From the NCBI GenBank assembly GCA_007128855.1, contig SKWQ01000002.1, positions 4,325 through 68,324 of the forward strand: a stretch of 64,000 nt of DNA. Reading direction: 5' to 3'. A program made the translations under genes and the position numbers. This DNA comes from Balneolales bacterium (GTDB lineage Bacteria; Bacteroidota; Rhodothermia; Balneolales; Natronogracilivirgulaceae). Position 1 is the stretch's first letter, and every line of letters begins with the position of its first letter. Below are positions 56,902 through 64,000 of the stretch, one piece after another. The notes beneath the pieces were generated by a model. The model was not told the origin of the DNA and did not search any database. It saw only the letters and a program-made list of their open reading frames with translations.

Positions 56902-57791
56902 TCGTCCGGATAGATGGATTTCTTTGCGGCCAGCAGGGTGTTTTTCATGAGCATGGCCACGGTCATGGGTCCGACCCCTCCCGGCACCGGGGTAATCAGG
57001 CTGGCCTTTTCCGCCACACTGTCGAAGTCGCAATCCCCGACCAGCCGGTAACCCTTGTCCGAACTGGAATCGGCCACGCGATTGATGCCGACGTCGATCA
57101 CGACCACCCCTTCGCGCACCATGGGACCGGTTATCAGTCCGGGAGAGCCCACGGCGACCACCAGGATATCGGCCTGGATGGTATGTTGCGTCAGGTCGCG
57201 GGTATATTTATGGCACAGGGTCGTTGTGGCTTTGCCGGTATCGTTTTCCCTGGAGAGCATGATGGCCAGGGGCGAGCCGACGATGTTGCTGGCGCCCACT
57301 ACAACGGCGTGCCGTCCTTTCGTCATCACACTGTAATATCGGAACAGTTCGAGGATGCCTGCGGGTGTGCAGGAGCGGAACGTGGGCTGTCCGACCGTCA
57401 GACGACCGACATTCATCGGGTGGAACCCGTCAACATCCTTGCGATGGTCGATTGTTTCAATGACCTGGTTCGGATGAAGGTGGCCAGGCAGAGGAAGCTG
57501 AAGAAGGATGCCATCGATATTGTCGTCGTCATTGTAGCAGCGGATGGCCTCCTTGAGTTCCCGGACAGACATGGTATCAGGGAAGGCAACCGTCTCGGAT
57601 TCGATGCCGACCTCTTTGCATGCCCGTGTCTTGGCGCCGACATAGGTACGGGATGCGGGATCGTTTCCGATCAGGATGGCCTGCAGCCTGGGCGGCCGGT
57701 TACCCCTGCTGACCCATTCCCGGACATCATCGCGGACCTGCTGCCGCAGGATTTCCGCCACTTTTATACCGTCAATGATATTTCTGGCCAT
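56898..57791 (-). CDS. folD: Bifunctional methylenetetrahydrofolate dehydrogenase / methenyl-THF cyclohydrolase
   Basis: 297 aa. 'ILIGNDPASRTYVGAKTRACKEVGI', 'GILLQLPLP', 'GASNIVGSPLAIML' and 'PVPGGVGPMTVAMLM'. Confidence 0.95.
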   Translation of the reverse strand: MARNIIDGIKVAEILRQQVRDDVREWVSRGNRPPRLQAILIGNDPASRTYVGAKTRACKEVGIESETVAFPDTMSVRELKEAIRCYNDDDNIDGILLQLPLPGHLHPNQVIETIDHRKDVDGFHPMNVGRLTVGQPTFRSCTPAGILELFRYYSVMTKGRHAVVVGASNIVGSPLAIMLSRENDTGKATTTLCHKYTRDLTQHTIQADILVVAVGSPGLITGPMVREGVVVIDVGINRVADSSSDKGYRLVGDCDFDSVAEKASLITPVPGGVGPMTVAMLMKNTLLAAKKSIYPDD

Positions 57792-57832
57792 GGAGAAGGC
57801 TTGCCTCTTGCTTTTCAGATTCGCATTTCTTT

Positions 57833-58303
57833 TCAGATTCGCACGAAATGCTCTTCTTCGGACTGGAAGAGCTCTATGATAGTGCGGGCATCTTTGCTTT
57901 CCAGCAGTTTTTCGCGAAATGCCGAGCTGTTGAGAAGACGGGATATGCGGCTGAGCATTTTGATATGCACACTGTTCTGTGATTCAGGCCCGACCAGCAG
58001 GAACAGGATCACCACAGGCTCCCCGTCTATGGCATTGTACTCCACCGGCTGGCGCAGCTTTCCAAAAGCGGCAAAGGTTTCCGAAAGGTGCTTGCATTTA
58101 CCGTGCGGTATGGCCAGACCCTTCCCGACACCGGTCGACATGATGTTTTCCCGTTCCATGACCGCTTTTCTGACGGCGGCAATGGTTTCGTCATCCAATC
58201 TGGTGGACAGGGAACTCACCAGGTTGTTGATCGCTTCCTCCTTGTTCTCGGCGGAAAGATCCGGAATGACATTGTTGGTGTCCAGAAGATCACTGATTTT
58301 CAT
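57833..58303 (-). CDS. ptsN: PTS EIIA type-2 protein, nitrogen-regulatory PtsN-like
   Basis: 156 aa. 'RENIMSTGVGKGLAIPHGK' (phosphorylatable His context) and 'VVILFLLVGPESQNSVHIKMLSRISRLL'. Confidence 0.85.
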   Translation of the reverse strand: MKISDLLDTNNVIPDLSAENKEEAINNLVSSLSTRLDDETIAAVRKAVMERENIMSTGVGKGLAIPHGKCKHLSETFAAFGKLRQPVEYNAIDGEPVVILFLLVGPESQNSVHIKMLSRISRLLNSSAFREKLLESKDARTIIELFQSEEEHFVRI

Positions 58304-58540
58304 GAAAAACTCTTTTTATCAAACCCGAAAAAAAACATATCAAATATACTGATCGTGCGACATTATTCCATAACTTATTCTGCCCCTTTCCACACCGGAC
58401 AGCACCTTGTCATCGCGGACATGCAACCGGAGTACCAAATGGCACTTTGCATCCTATCCGGTCATGCTTCCGTGATTAAAACCGCTGGCATTAAAACTGA
58501 TACGGTATTACTTTTAGTATAATCTGTTACTCCTTTATCC

Positions 58541-59209
58541 ATGCCGTTCCATTCTCAATCTATAGCTGTTTTCTTGAAAGATTTTCGTCTTGAATGGCGA
58601 TCAAGGTTCGGCGTGAGCACCGTCCTGGCTTTCATTGCATCCACAATGCTGATCGTGCTGTTTTCGTTGCGCGCCGATCTTCTGTCGGTTTCCGTCCAGA
58701 GTGGCCTGATGTGGATCATCATCCTGTTCGCATCGCTGACCACGCTGTCCCGCGTTTTCATCAGTGAAAGCGAGCGTGGCACCATGGACCTGTTGCGCAT
58801 GAATGCACCAGCCATGAGTGTGTTTATTGGAAAACTACTATACAATTTTCTCTTCACCTTACTGATCACCAGTGTTACGCTGTTCCTGTTCGCGGTCATG
58901 GTGAACATGCCGGTGGTCCGGCCGCTCCTGCTGGTCGCCCTGGTCCTGCTTGGTTCATCAGGGCTGGCCGGTGCCACGACCATGTTGGGAGCGCTGGTTT
59001 CCCAGGCGGTCCGCAAGGGTGCCGTCTTTCCGGTCCTGGCCCTTCCCCTGCTCATTCCCCTGATGCTCCTGCTGGTGAGGGTGACCCAGGTGGTATTCAC
59101 CTCCGGCGAGCCGGAGCCCTATGCGAATGACCTGGCGGCACTTGCGGGTTTCAGTGGTGTCACCATTTCCGCCTCCATACTCCTGTTCGACAATCTCTGG
59201 GAAGATTAA
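58541..59209 (+). CDS. ccmB: Heme exporter protein CcmB (ABC-type permease of cytochrome c maturation system I)
   Basis: 222 aa, 6 TM. 'FLKDFRLEWRSRF', 'GLMWIIILFASLTTLSRVFISESERGTMDLL' and 'VLALPLLIPLML' parallel E. coli CcmB ('GIIWVAALLSSLLALERLFRDDLQDGSLEQL', 'LVLPLTIPLLI'). Confidence 0.75.
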   Translation: MPFHSQSIAVFLKDFRLEWRSRFGVSTVLAFIASTMLIVLFSLRADLLSVSVQSGLMWIIILFASLTTLSRVFISESERGTMDLLRMNAPAMSVFIGKLLYNFLFTLLITSVTLFLFAVMVNMPVVRPLLLVALVLLGSSGLAGATTMLGALVSQAVRKGAVFPVLALPLLIPLMLLLVRVTQVVFTSGEPEPYANDLAALAGFSGVTISASILLFDNLWED

Positions 59210-59218
59210 CGCACGACC

Positions 59219-60469
59219 ATGTCTGAAAACATTTCCAAATCAAACGGTAACACACCCGAAGCGCACCCGCAGCAAAAGGGCATCATTGGTGCACGGAGGC
59301 TTATTGGCCAGGAGCGCCTGCGAGAGCAGATGTGGCGCATTCTGGCGGAAGACCGCATCAGCCACGCCTATCTGATCAGCGGGCAGCCCGGATCGGGCAA
59401 AAAAGCATTGGCACTTGCATTCGCCGAGGCCATAAACGGTGTCTCGAACCTGGGGGACCCTGCTCCCGGTATCCGGTCGGACCGCCGTTCCTGGTATTAC
59501 CATCCCGACATCCATGTCTATCTTCCGCTGCCCTCGACGGTCACACGTGACGAGCTCAGGGCCCGTGTGGAGCTGCTGGCCGCCGATCCCTACGAAATAG
59601 TGGACTTTGCCATGCGACCCTCACTCACCTCACAGGAAGACTCGAAAAACCGGCGGGCATTCTATTCGGTCGAGTACTTCAATTCCGAAGTCCGCAAGTC
59701 GGCCTATCTGAGACCGAATGAGGGTCGGCGCAACATCGTGATCATCACCAACATAGAGACGATGCGCAAGGAGGTGGTCAATTCCTTCCTGAAGCTCCTG
59801 GAGGAGCCGGGCGAGCAGGTCATGTTCATTCTCACGACGGACAAGCTCAATGCCTTGCTTCCGACCGTCATCTCGCGCTGTCAGCTGCTTGCCTGTCAGC
59901 CCCTGCAGCCCGATCAAATCTTCCATGGGCTCACGGCCTATGATGGCATACCGGAAGACGATGCCCGGTTTCTTTCCCGCATTGCCGGTGGAAACTACAG
60001 CTACACCCGTTTTTATGATCTGGAGACCCTTCAGGAAAACCGGGAGGATATCATCCGGTTCCTGCGCATGTCCTACACGGTGGATGTGGAGGGAATCCTG
60101 GAAATGAGCCAGAAATGGCAATCGGGCTACAGCAAGGAGGGTCAGCTTGCGATCATCAACATGATCGAGGTGTTCCTGAGGGACATTGCACTCTACTCTG
60201 CCGGTGCTGATGAGTCGCTGATCACCAACAGTGACCGAATGGAAGTGATAAGCAATTTCTGTTCCGGCCTGAAAGATGCCAGGATCCGGGAGATGCTTGA
60301 AACACTGGAGGAGGCGCGCATGCTGCTTTCCCAGAACATACAGCCGCGGCTGATCTACACCGTCATGGCAAACCGGTTTGCCGCATGGATGCGTGGATCG
60401 GAAGCGCCGGTCCTGGCCGGCCAGCCCTGGAAGCACATGCCGTCGGTTACGGAAATCAGGGAAAGCTGA
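59219..60469 (+). CDS. holB: DNA polymerase III delta-prime subunit (clamp loader AAA+ protein)
   Basis: 416 aa. 'ISHAYLISGQPGSGKKALALAFAEAIN', 'SFLKLLEEPGEQVMFILTT' and the SRC motif 'VISRCQLL'. Confidence 0.85.
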   Translation: MSENISKSNGNTPEAHPQQKGIIGARRLIGQERLREQMWRILAEDRISHAYLISGQPGSGKKALALAFAEAINGVSNLGDPAPGIRSDRRSWYYHPDIHVYLPLPSTVTRDELRARVELLAADPYEIVDFAMRPSLTSQEDSKNRRAFYSVEYFNSEVRKSAYLRPNEGRRNIVIITNIETMRKEVVNSFLKLLEEPGEQVMFILTTDKLNALLPTVISRCQLLACQPLQPDQIFHGLTAYDGIPEDDARFLSRIAGGNYSYTRFYDLETLQENREDIIRFLRMSYTVDVEGILEMSQKWQSGYSKEGQLAIINMIEVFLRDIALYSAGADESLITNSDRMEVISNFCSGLKDARIREMLETLEEARMLLSQNIQPRLIYTVMANRFAAWMRGSEAPVLAGQPWKHMPSVTEIRES

Positions 60470-60513
60470 GCGGATCCACATTACACCATCACTGAACTTC
60501 AGAGCTCAAATAC

Positions 60514-61362
60514 ATGCCAAAGCACATCGAATTCGTAAAAATGCATGGAGCCGGCAATGACTTCGTTGTCATGGATGGCCGTGCCGCGGACTTCCCGCTT
60601 GCCGAAATCCTGCAGCGGATACCGGAGTTGTGCCACCGCAGGACCGGCATCGGTGCCGACGGAGCCCTCATCCTTCGCCCGTCTGACCGGAGCGACTACA
60701 CCATGCATTACCTGAATGCCGATGGCAGCGAGGCCGGCATGTGCGGCAACGGGGCGCGCTGCCTTGCACGCTTTGCTACTGGCCTGGGGTTGCCCGATAC
60801 ATTGCAATTCCATGTCAACGATCTGCTATATCGCGCCGAGGTTTTCAAACACTACGTCTCCGTTCACTTTCCTGTTGAGCCCGTGCCGGTAACTATGGAA
60901 ATCGATGGGGAAGTCTGGTACCAAATCAATACGGGCACCGAGCATGTGGTGGCCATCGATCCGAAGTTCCTGAAGGCGCCAAAGCGCCTATTCCGGGAAA
61001 AGGGAAGGCTGATACGCAACCGTATCGATCTGTTCCCTTCCGGCACCAATGTGAATTTCGCATCCACCCTGGAACAGAACCGGCTGCAGCTCGTCACCTT
61101 CGAGAGGGGTGTCGAAGACCTCACGTTGGCCTGCGGCACCGGCGCCATTGCCACCGCCATTGCCCGGTGCCACACCAATACCTTGGAGAACCCGGAGGAC
61201 TCCGGCCCGACAGTCAAAGAGCACCACATGCAGATAGACTGTCCGGGAGGTCCGCTCGAGGTATCGTTTTCCGTTGCACGGGACAGGGTTCAGTCCATTT
61301 ACAAAAATATCATCCTTCACGGACCGGCTGTGAGGGTATATGAGGGACAGTTTATCCTGTGA
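60514..61362 (+). CDS. dapF: Diaminopimelate epimerase
   Basis: 282 aa. 'FVKMHGAGNDFVVMD', first catalytic Cys 'AGMCGNGARC' and second catalytic Cys 'TLACGTGAIA'. Confidence 0.95.
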   Translation: MPKHIEFVKMHGAGNDFVVMDGRAADFPLAEILQRIPELCHRRTGIGADGALILRPSDRSDYTMHYLNADGSEAGMCGNGARCLARFATGLGLPDTLQFHVNDLLYRAEVFKHYVSVHFPVEPVPVTMEIDGEVWYQINTGTEHVVAIDPKFLKAPKRLFREKGRLIRNRIDLFPSGTNVNFASTLEQNRLQLVTFERGVEDLTLACGTGAIATAIARCHTNTLENPEDSGPTVKEHHMQIDCPGGPLEVSFSVARDRVQSIYKNIILHGPAVRVYEGQFIL

Positions 61363-61366
61363 GCGT

Positions 61367-62662
61367 ATGCAATACATCTTGAAGATCACACCTTTAATCT
61401 GCACATTGTTGTTTGCGCTTACAAATTGCAGTGTCGAACGTGTTACATACAGCGAACGGACCGATGAGCCCTCACAACTGGAAAACAGCCCGATGGTGCA
61501 GGGACAGGTGCTCCCTCCCGACCAGATCAGGAGCATACAGCTCTATGAGGGGGACAGAAAACAGGCGCTGCCGTCAATACGCCTGGGAGGCGGTGATTTT
61601 CTGACGCTGCGGTTTGACGAGCTGGGAGGAACCTCGCGGCTGTACCGCGTGCGTGTCCGCCACCGGAATGCGGACTGGTCGGACAGCCGGCTGCTTTCGG
61701 ATTTCTATCTTCGTGGATACCGGGAGGACCTGATCGAAGGGGGCCGGCCAAGCAGTGTCCAGGATCCGCACTACATGCACTACCACTACCGTTTTCCCAA
61801 CGAGAACATGCAGCTGCGCCTCAGCGGCAATTACCTGCTTGAAGTGCTTGATTACGAGTCCTCACGCGTCCTGTTCTCCCTGCCTTTTTTCGTCCATGAG
61901 AATACAGGGAATCTGGATGTGGAATTGGAGGAGATATATGGCCTGGATGCCCGGTACGGGGTGCATCACCAGCCGTTTTCCCGGTTCCGCTATCCGTCCT
62001 TTGTCGTCTCCCCTGTCACCGATCTGGATGTCTATTTCGTGCAGAACCGTTTTTGGGGGCGCGCAAGGAAAGCGGATGAATACGACATGTCGGAATCCGG
62101 TGTCTACCGGACCTACCTTTCCCGTCCCGAATCGTTCATTGGGGTCTATGAATTCCGTCCACTTGACCTGCGAAGGTTTGACGCCGCCGGGCCGGAAGTT
62201 GTAGAGGTCCGCAGCGGCACCATCCCGCCTCAGGTTTGGCTGTTCCGGGACGTGGTGAACCTGGATGTAAACCCACGCAGACGCACATCTGTGACTCATG
62301 GTTTTCCGCGGGACGATCACCGTGCCCGCTATGTGGATGTGCGCTTTGAGCTGGAGCTTCCGGAGAGGGAGGTGACCGATCTGCCCATATACGTCTACGG
62401 CCCTTTCAACAACTGGACGATAAACGAGGCGAACCGGATGGAATACCAGTCCGCCACCGACTCCTGGGTCGGCCGGGCGATCATCAAGGAGGGACAATAT
62501 GACTATAAATATGCCCTGGTGGACCGCGGCCGGATTGACGATCTGCGACTGGATGCCAGTTTTTCATCCACAGCGCAGGAGTACACCACGCTGGTCTACT
62601 TCCGTGATCCGGGATTGCAGGCCGATCGCCTGCTGCTGCTCGACTCGGACCGGGCCCGCTGA
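61367..62662 (+). CDS. DUF5103 / type IX secretion plug-like lipoprotein (tentative)
   Basis: The Met at 61367 gives the lipoprotein signal 'LICTLLFALTNCS'. About 431 aa and beta-rich. The C-terminal 'VYGPFNNWT...GQYDYKY' is a CBM48/AMPK-like beta-sandwich signature seen in DUF5103 proteins. Confidence 0.55.
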   Translation: MQYILKITPLICTLLFALTNCSVERVTYSERTDEPSQLENSPMVQGQVLPPDQIRSIQLYEGDRKQALPSIRLGGGDFLTLRFDELGGTSRLYRVRVRHRNADWSDSRLLSDFYLRGYREDLIEGGRPSSVQDPHYMHYHYRFPNENMQLRLSGNYLLEVLDYESSRVLFSLPFFVHENTGNLDVELEEIYGLDARYGVHHQPFSRFRYPSFVVSPVTDLDVYFVQNRFWGRARKADEYDMSESGVYRTYLSRPESFIGVYEFRPLDLRRFDAAGPEVVEVRSGTIPPQVWLFRDVVNLDVNPRRRTSVTHGFPRDDHRARYVDVRFELELPEREVTDLPIYVYGPFNNWTINEANRMEYQSATDSWVGRAIIKEGQYDYKYALVDRGRIDDLRLDASFSSTAQEYTTLVYFRDPGLQADRLLLLDSDRAR

Positions 62663-62696
62663 AAAACCGGTCTCCGGGTCGGGTTAAGTGTAAAGA

Positions 62697-64000
62697 TCAG
62701 AAATCGAGGCCAATGCTGAAGTAGTGCACTCGACGCCCGAAACCGTTGCCATCTTCCATGTCATATGGCCAGGCCAGGTCATACCGGAACGGGAGTCCCA
62801 GCAGGATGGTCCGCAGACCGAAACCGCTGCCGGCCAGCACGCCATCCCTTTGTGCTCCATCCCATGCCGCACCCACATCAAAGAAGATGGATCCCTGGAT
62901 GTTGTAGAGGGGGATGAACGGGATTGGGCCGGGCAGCATGGCTGCGATCAGGGGGAACCGGAATTCGGCATTGAACAGGCCAAAGCGGTTGCCGATGGCG
63001 GAGTTGAAGAAATGTCCGCGCAGGGGCAGGGCCGGAATCGTGAAGAAGATGTCCTCAAGACGGTCGGTCTGCAGGGAGCCTTCGGCCCAGCGGAAGTTGA
63101 TCCAGTTCTGCATCCCGCCCATGAAGAAATTCTGGGCATCCGGTCCGAATGAGGCGGCACCGGAACCGCGGAAAGCGAACACGTACCCCATTCCAAGATG
63201 GAAATAGCGCCGGAAATCACCGATGACCGATGCAAAGCCGATCACATCCGAGGAGACGGGCGGACTTCCGGTCAGGCTGATCGCATATCTCGTACCGGAG
63301 AGCGGAGACAGGAATCCGGGGCGTGTAAGGTCCCGCGTAAAGGTTACTTCCGGATAGAGGAAATAGGTGTCCTCAGAATCCGAAACGTTGGCATAGACCA
63401 GACTGAAATCCCGGGATATGTTGATCAGGCTCAGGCCGTAGTCGATCCGGGTGAATTTGTTGATGGGATACTGGAACTGCAGTCCACCACCATAAAAACG
63501 GAAACGCACCTGCTCAAAGTCGGAGAAGTCCCGGCTCAGTACCAGGAAATTGCGCGAAGTGTGGAAATAGCGCACCAGGTAGTTGGTCCTGTTGGCGTAA
63601 TACCCATAGCTGACCTCGTAATCACTGTTGCGCAAATCAAACTGCAGGTTGGTTATCAGGTTGACGCGGTGATTGCCAAGCAGATCGGAGAAGGTGAAAG
63701 CCGCAAGTGCATAGGTCCCGTAGAATGTGGAGACTCCCCCGGCGGCATATGTGATATCCGGTGAGAATTCCAGACGGTACCGGCGCGGGATGAAACGTCC
63801 ATCATCGGTCCGTGTCTCACGATCCTCCCGGGCCTTTTCCACATGTGTGGTGGTTACCAGGTCGTCAAGACCGTCGCCGAAGACGTAATTCCGGAAATCG
63901 ATCACATCCTCATCCACTCCGACGGTGTCAGCTGCAACGGCATCCTCTTCCGGATCAGCAGGGGTCTCAGGTTGTTCCTCCCGGATCAGATCCATAATGG
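62697..64000 (-). CDS. Omp85/BamA-superfamily outer membrane beta-barrel protein, 5' end outside window
   Basis: The C-terminal barrel ends in an aromatic beta-signal, '...RRVHYFSIGLDF'. The frame is still open at the window edge, and the visible N-terminus has no signal peptide, so the gene is truncated by the window. Confidence 0.7.
   Translation of the reverse strand, partial: IMDLIREEQPETPADPEEDAVAADTVGVDEDVIDFRNYVFGDGLDDLVTTTHVEKAREDRETRTDDGRFIPRRYRLEFSPDITYAAGGVSTFYGTYALAAFTFSDLLGNHRVNLITNLQFDLRNSDYEVSYGYYANRTNYLVRYFHTSRNFLVLSRDFSDFEQVRFRFYGGGLQFQYPINKFTRIDYGLSLINISRDFSLVYANVSDSEDTYFLYPEVTFTRDLTRPGFLSPLSGTRYAISLTGSPPVSSDVIGFASVIGDFRRYFHLGMGYVFAFRGSGAASFGPDAQNFFMGGMQNWINFRWAEGSLQTDRLEDIFFTIPALPLRGHFFNSAIGNRFGLFNAEFRFPLIAAMLPGPIPFIPLYNIQGSIFFDVGAAWDGAQRDGVLAGSGFGLRTILLGLPFRYDLAWPYDMEDGNGFGRRVHYFSIGLDF

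Noticed and set aside
57183-58352. A 389-aa + strand ORF covering folD and ptsN.
   Set aside because: It is antisense to two well-supported genes and runs across their intergenic gap. It has no motifs.
59630-60481. A 283-aa minus-strand ORF opposite holB.
   Set aside because: holB on the + strand has the AAA+ Walker A and SRC motifs. The antisense ORF has no recognisable features.
1-64000. A search by eye for CRISPR arrays, rRNA genes, IS elements, inverted terminal repeats and toxin-antitoxin or defence-system gene pairs.
   Set aside because: I saw no regularly spaced direct repeats, transposase- or Cas-like ORFs, nuclease/ATPase defence pairs, or rRNA signatures. The only RNA gene identified is tRNA-Ser.

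Overview
This is a densely coded chromosomal window with about 58 protein genes, one tRNA and no rRNA, CRISPR array or obvious mobile element. Gene content suggests a member of the FCB group (Bacteroidota / Rhodothermota / Balneolota-like). The pointers are a DUF5103 T9SS-plug-like lipoprotein, a DUF2723 giant membrane protein, AtpZ, and an atp operon that stops after atpG. This placement is inference only.

Most of the window is housekeeping: xerC/D-type recombinase, ybeY, M1 aminopeptidase, nuoI, der, uvrD-like helicase, mutL, icd, htrA, recO, atpZIBEFHAG, guaB, folD, ptsN, ccmB, holB and dapF.

Two accessory blocks stand out:
- 26.2-37.3 kb: a glycosyltransferase island (GT2, GT4, GT8-like, a GT2 paralog with altered acidic motifs, a flippase-like membrane protein, and a secreted beta-barrel/lipocalin-like protein). 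It is bracketed by lipid-trafficking genes: an MMPL/RND transporter on one side and a TolC-family plus MlaC-family pair on the other. I read this as a candidate envelope glycolipid synthesis and export module. It is the best candidate for something undescribed.
- 46.2-53.7 kb: a compact ECA-like sugar cassette (WecE-type aminotransferase, FemAB/CelD-like acyltransferase, Wzx flippase, three GTs) with no polymerase, chain-length regulator or initiating transferase in view.

A CPA2 antiporter fused to two USP-like domains and a C-terminal EIIA(Ntr)-like domain sits two genes from a free-standing ptsN.

All functional calls rest on motifs read by eye from the ORF translations. No database searches were run.
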